DNA from: Octopus sinensis
Taxonomy: Eukaryota
Assembly: GCF_006345805.1 (NCBI RefSeq)
Contig: NC_043010.1
Span: 34,844,001 to 34,908,000, forward strand
Direction of reading: 5' to 3'
Length of the DNA: 64,000 bases
In this document: piece by piece, positions 12,205 through 23,873 of the stretch
Numbering within the stretch: position 1 is the first letter of the stretch
Layout of the letters: each line of letters begins with the position of its first letter
Made by a program: the position numbers and the translations under genes
Notes under the pieces: model-generated
What the model was told of the DNA's origin: nothing
The model's database searches: none
The model's input: the letters and a program-made list of their open reading frames with translations, nothing else

Positions 12205-12865
12205 TGATGATAATTCTTTCTGCTGGAAGCACAAGGCCTCAAATTAGGGGGAGGGGATTAAGTTGATTACAATGACCCCAGTGCGTAACTGGTACTTGAT
12301 TTATCGACTCCGAAAGGATGAAAGGCAAAGTCGACCTCAGCAGAATTTGAACTTAGACAAAGTGGCAGATGAAATACTGCTAAGCATTTTGTCCGATGTG
12401 CTAACGATTCTGCCAGATCACCACCTTAATAATAATAATCATCATCATCATCATCATCATCATAATAATAATAATAATAATAATAATAATGGTTTCAAAT
12501 TTTGGCTCCAAGCCAGCAATTTTAATGGGAGAGGGTTAGTCAATACCATCAGTACCAGTACTTGACTGGTACTTTATTTTATCAATTCTGAAAGGGTGAA
12601 AAGCAAACTGACCTCAGCAGGTCTGAACTCGGAGTGTGAAATGCCAGGATAAATGTTGTAAAGCATTTTCTTTGATGCTCTAACGATTCTGCCGAACTAC
12701 TATTCTTTATTATAACAACAACAACAATCCTTTCTATTATAAACACAAAGCCTGAAATTTGGTGGGGACGGGGACTAGTTAATTACACCAACCCCAGTAT
12801 TCAACTGGTACTTATTTCATCAATCCCGAAAGGATGAAAAGGAAAGTCCACATCAACAGAATAAT
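12205..12865 (-). mobile_element. Array of 3 tRNA-SINE copies of the same family, separated by (AAT)n/(CAT)n
   Basis: Same diagnostic motifs (GACCCCAGTGCGTAACTGGTAC, GGATGAAAGGCAAAGTCGACCTC, GAATTTGAAC) between microsatellite tracts. Confidence 0.85.
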
Positions 12866-14849
12866 GTTCATGATGATGATTAATTACACAGACACATTTT
12901 GTGAGGAATGGGTATAGCTGGTTCAGTCAATTTCAGTCCCTCATAGAGGTTTATTCTATCAAAACCCTCCAATCCTTCCATTTTTCCCCTTGGAAGGATA
13001 AACGACATCATGACTAACAACTGTATGAATGTAATAACAATAAGGGGATTCCTGTATTTGCCCAAGGGCAACAAAAATAGAACAATGAAATACATTATTG
13101 GACAATAGACATGCATGAACACAAGATGTGATAAACCTTTCTCACTCCCATAGAAAAATGATGATAATAAATAGGGAAATCCCTTGAATAGGGTTTAGAA
13201 AACAGTCCTAGAATTTCTATGTTTATCTTCCATGGAATATTCCAAATAGTAGAAGATAGAATAAAAACGCTGAAAAATAGTCTCACTAAAAAATTTTCAT
13301 ATTATTGCGTAAAAGACTTCAGTTTTGCTCACTCACTCGTTTTCTCTCTCTCTCTCTCTCTCTCTCTGTTAACTAATGATGAAAGATCACACAAAATTAT
13401 TAATAGGTATTTCCAACTTCGGCACAAAAAAAATCACAAATCTTTCAGAAAGGTGGTGGAGATGTGCTGTCTATTGAATAAAACATGTCTGTTTGACTGG
13501 TAGTTGTTTTAATGGACCCAGAAGGAGAAAAATAAAAAAAAAGGACAATGTTAGAATTTGAACTTGAAACATCTTGGGATGTAAAAAAAAGCATAACATA
13601 CTGCTGAGACATCTAGTTCCCTACTATATTTTCAACTATAACACCAACAATAATAATTTGAAAGATGGCTGAAAACTTGTGGATACCTAAGGTTACAGGT
13701 AGTAACCCACAACCCAAGCAAATCCTACCAGGAATAAGACCAAACCTGAGCCAAACCAAAAATAATAATATCTTAGTAATAATAATAATTATTTCTAAAA
13801 AAGGCACAAGACCTCAGATTAGGGGACAGAGGGGTGATTAAATTGACTCCAGCACTTGACTGGTATTTTATTTTACTAACCCTTGAAAGATGAAAAACAA
13901 AGTTGACCTCAGCAGGATTTGAACTCAGAATGTAAAGGCCCAGAACAAATAAAGGAAGATATTTGTATGGTATTCTAACCATTCTGCCAATCCACTGCTC
14001 TGCGGCTACCAATAATAATAATAATAATAATCATGGATTCTATTGTGAGCACAAAGCCTAAAATGTGGGGAGACAGTGAAGGTAAGTCACTTGATCCCAT
14101 AATATGACTGGTATTCAATTTGGCCAGCCTCAGAAGGGATGAAAGTGGTTTCTAAAATTTGTAGGTATTGTAATTTGAATTAGACCAGCGAATAGCTGGT
14201 TCTTACATCATCGACATCTAACAGATGAAAGAGCCAAAATGACCTTAGTGTGATTTGAACTCGGAGCCCTGAAGCATGGAGCTAAACACGATAAAATATT
14301 GAGTACAATGCCCTATAGCTGTGAATTTTCTTAATAATAATAATAATAATAATGATAATAATAATAATGGTTTCAAATTTTACCACAAGGGCAGCCATTT
14401 TAGGGGAGGGGATAAGTCAATCACATCGACCCCAGTGTTTCACTGGTACTTAATTTATCTACCGCAAAAGGGTTAAAGGCAAAGTTGACTATGGTGGAAT
14501 TTTAATATATAATAATAATAATGATAAAGATGAGGATGATGGTGATAGTGATGAAGATGACAATGATGGTAGTAATGATGATGATGAGGTTAGTGATGAT
14601 GATGAAGATGATTATGATGTGTATTTTGGAATTTATGATAATGGCTTCTTGTACAAAGAATTCCTGAAACCTATGATTTGTAAAGGGAATATGTGAAACT
14701 AAGATGCTTATGCCTTTTTTTAAGAGCCCTAAAGAATTCAACTGAATGAGAAAGGGTCCAACAAGGAACCATTATTGATTGCAGATTTGATTCAATGAGA
14801 ACCTAAACACACACACATACACGTGTCCCACTCTCTCACTCATTCTCTA

Positions 14850-14904
<55 letters not shown>

Positions 14905-15123
14905 GATATATATATATATAATTTTCTTCATATATTCTTTTATTGGTTTCATCTGCTGGGCTATGGGCATACTAGGCCGTAACATACGTATTTATAAATG
15001 AACACACACACACTCAGATACATTAGGATATATAAATATAAAGATTAGGTGAATAAAGAGTGAGAGATGAAAAGTTAAATGCAAGAATATGGAAGCAAAA
15101 ACAAAAACGGAAGGAAAACTTAC

Positions 15124-15291
15124 ATCACCAGCCAGTAGCCTCCATGGTGTCTGTCTTGAGACAGACTTCACATCTTCGTGGGTTATGAATACAATCCCCA
15201 TTTGTACAGTTGTGTCTTACTAGACACATACATTGACAGGCGACAAAATTAAAAATTAATGATAACGACGAGGCCTCGACGACGGCCACAA
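15124..15291 (-). other. Candidate internal exon (168 nt), possibly 5'UTR plus a coding start MGIVFITHEDVKSVSRQTPWRLLAGD
   Basis: Strong acceptor TTTTTTTTTCTCTGTTTGTTAG| before 15291 and consensus donor GAT|GTAAGT after 15124. The ATG is in ACAAATGG context with in-frame stops upstream. No homology recognised. Confidence 0.4.
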
Positions 15292-16200
15292 CTAACAAAC
15301 AGAGAAAAAAAAATCACTTCGAATTACTTAATTCCATCCATATTTCAATAGAACATGGAATGATGATGACGCCGACGAATAAACTAGTTGAGAACAACTG
15401 ACTAGATAGAACGATAGTTAGATCGATCGAGTACCACTATCGTTTAGCTGCGTGACGTATAAAGATATGTATAACTGTGTGTGTATGTGTGTGTTTCTCA
15501 GATGATAAGGTGCCTCAGAAACGTCAAGTAGAAGCAACTCTGAGACTTGTTAGCTACATACGTATGTGTGCGTGTGTTTGTACGATGTATCATACAAACG
15601 CATTTCTCACGCACACAGCTAAATATAACATATACACACATATATATGTGTGTGTGTGTGTATATATATATTCACATAGACAGACAGCACCGTTTCATAA
15701 ATGGTTAGAACTAGGTCAGAAAAGGAAGTGGCGGCAGTGGCAGCAGCAGCAACGGTGGGGAGGGGGAAGGGGTGGTGACGGTGGTGCTAGGCAACTGGTA
15801 ATGGTAACAGCAACAGCAGTGGAATAGCAGCAACAATGGCAGTGGTAGTAGTAGTAGCAGCAGCAAGTGTAAGAGATAGCTGTAGTAGTCGTAGTGGTGG
15901 TAGTTAGCAGAGGCGGCGTGCCTCAGCAAGAACTCTATAAACACGAATAGCACTGGACTGCAACGTTGGGCAACGGAAAGTCATTGACTGAAGGGTGGGG
16001 ATATGGGGTAGGGAGAAGGTAAGGGGCCCGGTCGGGAGAATACCAGGAGATGGAGCGAAGCGTGTGCGTGTATGCGGGGCTGGGTGGGGGGGAATTGAGT
16101 GGAAGACGGATAAGTGTAAGTTGTGGTGGTGGTCGTGGCAGGACTTTTTCGCGGGTGGGGTGGGGAGCTGAAGGGGGGGAATTCTAATTCTCACACATAC
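15240..16200. promoter_or_regulatory. CpG-rich, GC-elevated promoter-like region
   Basis: Many intact CpGs compared with the CpG-depleted flanks. CRE-like TGACGTA overlaps TATAAA (15453-15463), E2F-like TTTTCGCGGG at ~16146-16155, palindrome CGAGGCCTCG at ~15268-15277, G-tracts and (GCA)/(GTA) repeats. Confidence 0.4.
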
Positions 16201-16741
16201 ATACAAGCATACATACACACACACACACACAAATATACACGACCTGATGTTTGTTCCCACACTGTTACAGACAAAAAAAAATAAACAAAAACAAAGAAAT
16301 ACATAAAAATTTCAATTCCCATAACCTCCACCATGGCCGCCACCACTGATACCAATACCAACACTAAAAATATATACCACCCGCCCACCCCCAGCAGCAC
16401 CACCACCACAAGCACTACCACCGCCAACATCATTATCATAATAATAAAGTAATTTTTTCACTGCCACTAATTACTCTCGCCTTCACCACTCCCGTTGGCA
16501 TCACTATCATAATCACCATCATCATGTTCTCTATTTTTATATACGTAATTTTCCTCACCCATTCTTGAGCTCACTCACACACACACACACACACACACAC
16601 ACATCGCAATCATCAGTGGAAACAGTCTCAGAAAATTAAAGCACCAGGATTTACATATGGGAAGTGTAAGGGAAGTGATTTCATAATTTTACATTTCTAA
16701 AAGACATAAGATTAATGTATAAGTGGCACAAAATATACATA

Positions 16742-16869
16742 TACCAACCACATGGTTCTGGGTTCAGTCCCATTGCGTGGCACCTTGGGCAAGTGTCTTC
16801 TACTATAGACTCGGGCCGACCAAAGCCTTGTGAGTGGATTTGGTAGACGGAAACTGAAAGAAGCCTGTC

Positions 16870-16904
<35 letters not shown>

Positions 16905-17122
16905 TGTGTGTGTGTTTGTGTGTCTGTGTTTGTCCCCCTAGCATTGCTTGACAACCGATGCTGGTGTGTTTATGTCCCCATTACTTAGCGGTTCGGCAAA
17001 AGAGACCGATAGAATAAGTACTGGGCTTACAAAAGAATAAGTCCCGGGGTCGAGTTGCTCGATTAAAGGTAGTACTCCAGCATGGCCGCAGTCAAATGAC
17101 TGAAACAAGTAAAAGAGTAAAA
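16742..17122 (+). mobile_element. CORE-type tRNA SINE (octopus OR-like), near full length
   Basis: B-box GGTTCAGTCCC, CORE-like GGCACCTTGGGCAAGTGTCTTCTACTATAG, internal (TA)/(TG) tract, 3' GCATGGCCGCAGTCAAATGACTGAAACAAGTAAAAGAGTAAAAG. Confidence 0.85.
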
Positions 17123-17609
17123 GGGTATATGTATATACAAACATATACACTCACAGTCATGTATATATACCCTTTATGTATGTTTGTGTGTGTGTGTGTG
17201 TGTACTGAAATTTTGCCACCTTTTACGAGGAAATAAGGATCTTTCTGGCACTGCTGCTCCACCCCACCCAACCCTCATTTTCCTCTCTCCCCCCACCCAC
17301 CTCCAGTGAAAGGAAACTGGTCGGTTGATGTTAACTGAAATGTCACTCAGGGTAATGGATCCAAACTAATGTGAAGTGTGGAAAGAAGGACGAGAGGAGA
17401 GGGGAGAGGAATAAAAACTATCACAGGTGTTTAAAACCTATTTATGATTTGGAGTCCAAATTTATTTGGCTAGTCTTTCCTTTTCCTTCTTCTAGGTTGA
17501 TGAATTAATAAAATCAAGCATGTACTGGAGATGATGTGACTGTTTCCATCTCAACCCCACAAAATTTCTGATCTTGAAAGAAGACAATTGTTAACCGTGC
17601 CAAACAAAA

Positions 17610-18960
17610 TGCTTTTCAGCATTTCTTCCGGGTTCTTTACCTTCAGAGTTCAGATGCCATTGAGGTCAACTTTGCTGTTTGTCCTTTCAGGACTGATAAA
17701 ATAAATACTAGTTGAGCACAGGGGCTGACGTAATTGACTAATCCCCTTGTTCTAAAATTACTGGCCTTGTGCCACAAAATTATAAAGAACTATTATTAAT
17801 TATTATTATTATTATTATTATTATTATTGAGTGAGAGAGCATTGATACTGGGGTAAAATATACGAAACTCAGTATACCCATCAAGCCTACCCATTTGATA
17901 AGGGGTCATCAGGCACATGCAGCACAACTGTATATGTGTGACACGGTGATCTCATATCAATATAAACAGCCCATGACCTTGCAGGTGGCACCCAGTTAGA
18001 ATTTTTATCAGGTTGAGTAGCCCATCCCACTCAACAGGTCCCTGAATAAGGATTGTTTAAGGATGTTGAACAAAACACCCATGCTTCCAGAGGTGAATTA
18101 TCCAAACCTCAAAGAATTCCTCTCAACACATGGCTATGATGCTCCCCCACTACTTCTGCTCGTGATCAGAGATGCACATATCGTCAGTCACTAAGGGACA
18201 TGCTCAACTGGTTAAGGTCAAACAACTGACAAGCAAATTTGTGGTATTCAGCAGAATATTTGCTGTAGCCCATTTTTATACCAAGACAAAACAATGTACA
18301 TGATAACACTTCCAATCAGTCAAAACCAGAAGCCATGAGAGCCACTGCCTGGTACTGCATCAGTGCATTTATTATAATTTTATAAATGTGGTGAGCTGGC
18401 AGAAACAGTAGCACACCAGGCAAAATGGTAAGCAATATTTCATCCGAGTTCAAATGTAGCCAGAATCAACTTTGCCTTTCATCCTTCCAGGGTCAATAGA
18501 TTATGTACCAGTGAAACACTGGGGGTCGATGTAATCAACTAGTCCCCTCCCTCAAAATTTTAGGCCTTGTGCCTTTAGTAGAAATGATTATTATTGTTGT
18601 TGTTGTTATTATTAAAGCAGCAAGATGGCAGAAGTGTTTGTACGCTAGGCAAAATGCTTAGCTGCAGTTCGTGTCTGTCTTTACATTCTGAATTCAAATT
18701 CCACCGAGGTCAACTTTGCTTTTATCCTTTCGGAGGTTGATAAAATAAGTACCAGTTGAATACTGAGTTTGATATAATTAATTTCTCCCCTCACCCAAAA
18801 TTGCTGGCCTTGTGCCAAAATTTGAAACTCTTATTATTATTATTAAAAGTGGCAAGCTGGTAGAATCATTAGCACACCAGACAAAATGCTTTAGGGCATT
18901 TCATCTGTCTTTACGTTCTGAGTTCAAATTCTGCTGAGGCTAACTTTGCTGGTCATCCTC
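17610..18960 (+). mobile_element. Composite array: tRNA-SINE copies plus a ~545-bp (ATT)n-flanked element (17829-18370, minus sense)
   Basis: SINE motifs at ~17610-17790, 18390-18590, 18614-18830 and 18846-18960, each bounded by ATT repeats. The intervening element matches the copies at 46422, 47561, 56146 and 56476. Confidence 0.8.
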
Positions 18961-19259
18961 CTGGCTTGCCATTTGCCAGTCCTCACTCAAACCGTCCAAC
19001 CCATGCCAGCATGGAAAGCAGATGTTAAACGATGATGATGATGATGATTTTCTTTCTCAATTGTAAAAACACACATTGTATTTTCTACACAATGTGTAGA
19101 AAACACACACATTGTGTTTTCGAATGTCCAAGGTCAACTTTGTATTTCACCACTTGGGTGTGTCAATAAATACGTACTGATTAAGTACTGAGGCCTATTT
19201 AGTTGACTGTGTTTCCTGCCACCTTTTTTTATAAATTTGTGACATTATCACAATTGTAG

Positions 19260-19410
19260 TGTCTTGGCTGAAATCACATGGGTACTAAATGTCTTGTATT
19301 AGTTGAAACCACATGGGAGATTAAATGTCACATGATGGAAGAAACCACATAGAGGATTAAATGCCTTGTGTTGGTTGAAACAACATGGAGGATTATATGT
19401 CTTGTGCTAT
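19260..19410. repeat. ~38-bp degenerate minisatellite, ~4 copies (TTGGTTGAAACCACATGGAGGATTAAATGTCTTGTG)
   Basis: GAAA(C/T)CACAT...TAAATG(T/C)C recurs at ~38-bp spacing. Confidence 0.75.
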
Positions 19411-20491
19411 TATTTGGTTATACTCTGAGTTTAAATCTCACTATGCCAACATTGTTTTCCATCCTAAACTGCTAAACTAAATTGCCAAGTGCACTTGTGA
19501 CTGAGTAAAGGAACTGCGTTTATTTCGCAGGTTTGTCCTTAATAACTTCGTTGGTGCACAGAGTTAAGTACTGGGGTCAATTCTCTAGAATATATCCTAC
19601 TTCTATAAACATGTAGCTTCATACCAATGTAAAAAAAATTGATAAAATTTTTTAAATTTATCATTATTAGTATTGTTATTATATTAGACAAAATGTGTTG
19701 TGATTTTTGTTCTGGCTCATTACTCTGGGCTCAAATCCGACTAAGGTCAACTTTATCTTTCATCCTTCCAGGATCTGTTATAATATAGTAATAGTCAAAA
19801 GTACTGGACTCAGTTTAATCAAAACACACCACCCTCTGAATTTCTGACTGCAAGAAAAATTATTATTGATGACATCATAAGGATTTGGAAACATTGAAAA
19901 AGTGAAATAATTCGTTTTTGGAATGGTGAATCTTGGAGTAGATGAAGCTAAAAATAATAGCTTGTAAATAATGGGTTGGAAAAGAAAAACCCTTTGGATC
20001 GAAGAAGTTAAAGGCTGCATCTGCTTCAAGATTCACTGTTCCAAAAAGAAAATCCCACTTGTAACTTAATTCCCATTTTCACAGTCTGTAACCACTAGGA
20101 GTGCTGTTATGCCATGTAAATTCAGGGTACAGGAATGGCTGAGTGGGGAAGAAGTTCATTTCATGATGCTTAATTTCTAGTTCATTTTCAGTGTGCAGCA
20201 TCCTGGGTGTCTTCCACCATAGCTCTGGGAAGGACAAAGAGCTCAGCCAAAGCCTTCTGAGTGAAATTTGAGAAACACTGCACAGACGTTCATCAGTGAT
20301 CCTTTTCTTGGGTGGTACTCTTAATCCATCACCCAATTTGACACCAGCTTCTGGCCCTCGGGTGCCTTTACTAATGTGCACACTATTGCAAGTAATAGGT
20401 TTGCATCGCTAATCTGAAGATAACTTCCTCTTACAAGTCTTACAGGTCTGTAAAAAGGTTATGGGTACTGACCTTTCTCCTCTCTTTAAGC

Positions 20492-20735
20492 CACTGGTTC
20501 TCAATCAGAGTTCATATGACCTTTGGGGGTTGTTAAAATTTATGTGCAATATATTACTTATACTTCTACAATGCACAAAATATTTTATCGGTTTTTTATT
20601 TATACAATTCCTAATAATATATGATACTAAAAATATAATATGATTGTTTTTAAAACATTGAATGGATATGAGAGTCCAGCAGAGTAAATTAGGAATCAAA
20701 TGGGTCCATATGTAAACAATGATTGAGAAACACTG
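20492..20735. mobile_element. Degenerate hAT-type MITE
   Basis: Ends CACTGGTTCTCAATC...GATTGAGAAACACTG resemble CAGTGGTTCTCAA hAT (Charlie/MER5-like) TIRs. No clear 8-bp TSD. Confidence 0.55.
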
Positions 20736-21669
20736 ATGTAAACCATTAACAAAAATATTGACAGAAAGCACAAAACAGAATTTAGGTTACATTGAGGTTG
20801 ACTTGATGTTATCAGTATTTGAAATATTAGGCAGTAAATTAAATTAAGTGGCAGGGAGAATATAGAGAAAGCATTCATAAGTATAGAAGATAAATTAAAT
20901 TTCTTATAGTTTATAACACCAGTATAATCCATTCCTTCTGGTGCTGTATGTCAATGAGTGTCAACTTATAATGGTTTCTAGCATCCAGTATTGGCACATT
21001 TGAAGTCAAGAGTATAATGGATTTAATAAATCCCAGTATAGAACTAGTACTTAATTTAATGACCTCTAAAAAAATAAAAGATAAAGTTGACTCCAATAAG
21101 ATTTGAACTAAGAATCATCTACAGAAAGGCAGACAGAGAGATTCTTGTATTTTTTTACTGGTTTCAGCCATTGGACAGCAACTGTTCTGAGGCTGAGGCA
21201 TGCTTTTAAAGGTTTTAGTTGATCATATGAATAACAGTACTTACTTCAGTTTCAAACTTATTTATTAATCTTTTTGACAAACTGCTAAGTTACAGGACAA
21301 GAAAGGGACACAGCATCAACATCAACAATACTGATTTTGAATCTAATGTAAATAAACACAGACATAGGAACACACACACACACATGTGGAAACTATGAGG
21401 TTGCAAAGTACTTCTTAACCACACACTGTCATCATCGTCATCCTCATCATTTTAATGTCCACATTTCCATGCATGCATGGGTCAAATGTGAAACTTATTG
21501 AGGTGAACTCTCTGCAGTCAGATGCCCTTCCTGTTGCCAATCCTCACTTATCTCCAAGCAAAGTAATGCTTCCATAGGGCCAAATAAGTTTTCACAGAAT
21601 ATTGGAAATGAATGATGCTGCTTGTATGACAGTGACACTCACAACTATCATGCAATATCAAGACATACT

Positions 21670-21905
21670 TTATAATCTCCTCTTCTTCCTAGCTCTCCTG
21701 TGTGACCCTTCTGTCTGGCATTTGCCATGATAGATCACTAGCCACTACACATTCTTTATTTTCTCTCCTTGTTTCTTTCTGTGGAAGAGCGTAGGCTCAA
21801 AACATTAAAGACTTTTTCACTTCCCGAGCGTTATACTAATACATCTGTTTGTTATCTACACCACCTGTCTTTGTCTTTTGTTTTTTTTTGTGAATTCTCC
21901 CCCAT
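21670..21905 (+). mobile_element. Penelope-type terminal-repeat remnant with decayed minimal hammerhead motif (21775-21810)
   Basis: CTTT-CTGTGGA-A-GAGC(GTAG)GCTC-AAAACATT-AAAG. The downstream ~100 bp matches the copy at 23436-23563. Confidence 0.6.
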
Positions 21906-23424
21906 TACATACATACATGCTTCTTTTAGTGTTTGTCTACCAAATTCACTAATAGGGCTTGGTTGGCCTGGAACTGTAGTAGAAGACACCTGCCCAAGGT
22001 GCCACATAGTAGGACTACACTCAAAGCAACATGGATGGAAAACAAACTTCTTAACCACACGGCCACACCTGTATAAATAGATATACATATATAACGATAT
22101 AAATAGATATACATACACACATACATACTCTGAACTTCTAATTCTATATGTTGCCCTCGCCACCTCACACACACACAAGAAATCTAAACCTTCCACCAGA
22201 TTACGTGATATTTAACTAAGTATTCTTCTATTTTCAAAGAAGAATGTTATACCATACAGTATAATGTCAGTTATAGACAAGCTAAGTATGCAAGTTGATT
22301 TCTACTCCCAGTTGTATCATTTCACTTCATCTACAATGTAAAGTATGTTTTCAAAAACTTCCTAAAGCACCTAAAGGTCTTGTCAGTGCCTAACTATAAT
22401 TCCTGAATATTAAGCAGATGTGTGACATGTCTATCTTTAGATAGGAGGTCAGTCTACTTCAAGTGCTTACTGTTGTTAACTCCCAGTTCATTTCTGATGG
22501 AACAGATTTATAGCTAAAGACATTCCAGTCATGGCCATCACAACATTTTTCTTGACATAGTATGTTTCCTTTTTTTAAGAAAGTAGAAAGAATGAAATTT
22601 AGATGCTTTTTCAAGAAATTCGAGTGATCACATAGTCAATTCCTACATTCATTCATAAAGACTTGTGAACTTGCATAAACTTGGGTAACATATCTATGCA
22701 AACGATGGCATATGAAAGTAAGCGTTTAAAATCTGAATACACAGGGAAACACAACAAGAATCATAGATTGGAACTCAGGACTTATATATTCTAACCTATA
22801 TTTTCACTTAAATCACCTGCATGTCTCCTCTTCTATAAGTACGACATCAACATAAATCTGACAAGAACCTCATTAAGTTCCCTGAATTAATTATGTGCCA
22901 ACTCTTCTATTATATATCAGTTTGTAAAAAAGATTATGGACACTATGGTGTCTTGTTTATAATCTAATGATCAACAAATATTGTAGGCACACACACACAA
23001 ATATATATATATGTATATATTCTTTTATTTGTTTTAGTCATCTAACTTTGGCCATGCTGGAGCAGCGTCTTTAGTTGAAGAAATTAATCCCAGGACTTAT
23101 TCTTTGTAAGCCTAGTACTTATTCTATTGGTGTCTTTTGCTGAGCTGCTAAGTTACAGGGATGTAAACACACCAGCATCGGTTGTGAAGCTATGGTGTGA
23201 GGACAAACTCAGATACACACATATACACAATGGGCTTCTTTCAGTTTCCATCTACCAAATTTAGTCGGCCCGAGCCTATAGTAGAAGACATTTACCCAAG
23301 ATATTTACATACTAACCAATGCTCAGTTCAAGAGCAAAGTAAAGATACATTGGATCCCTCATCTGTCATCTACAACAAGAGTTCACCATATTTATCCATC
23401 GCTTTCTCTCTAAATATATATATG

Positions 23425-23563
23425 TGTCTGTGTTCCTTTCTGTGGAAGAGCGTAGGCTCGAAATATTAAAGACTTTTTCACTTCCTGAGCATTATACTAA
23501 TACATCTGTTCATTGTCTACACCACCTGTCTTCGTCTTTTGTTTTTTTGTGAATTCTCCCCCT
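23425..23563 (+). mobile_element. Penelope-type terminal-repeat remnant with minimal hammerhead motif (23436-23471), followed by (TA)n
   Basis: CTTT-CTGTGGA-A-GAGC(GTAG)GCTC-GAAATATT-AAAG; same family as the copy at 21775. Confidence 0.6.
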
Positions 23564-23602
<39 letters not shown>

Positions 23603-23603
<1 letters not shown>

Positions 23604-23873
23604 TGTTGTCTGGGGAGAGTCATTTTCTTTCTGGGCCTTATAATCTAATACACTCACTGGTAAAATTTCCACTTCTTTCTTATTTTTATTTTCCTAAAAT
23701 TTTCGTTTCATCTTGCAACCTTTTCAATAGTCTTGACTCAAGACTATTGAAAAGGTTGGAAGACACAATGAAAATTTTAGGAAAATAAAAATAAGAAAGA
23801 AGTGGAAATTTGACCGGTGAGTGTTTTAAATTATAAGGCACAAAAAGAAAATGACTCTCCCCAGACACAACAG
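23603..23873. mobile_element. Foldback MITE, ~270-bp imperfect palindrome centred at 23737
   Basis: CTGTTGTCTGGGGAGAGTCATTTTC...AATAGTCTTGA C TCAAGACTATT...GAAAATGACTCTCCCCAGACACAACAG. The arms pair along their whole length with scattered mismatches. Confidence 0.85.

Noticed and set aside
12880-13286. Two overlapping hydrophobic minus-strand ORFs behind an acceptor-like TTTTTCAG
   Set aside because: The frames are mutually inconsistent, no donor was found, and the hydrophobicity is explained by T-richness.
15495-15530. Hammerhead-like CAGATGA...GAAACGTC
   Set aside because: Core U4 is replaced, and stems I and II do not pair adequately.
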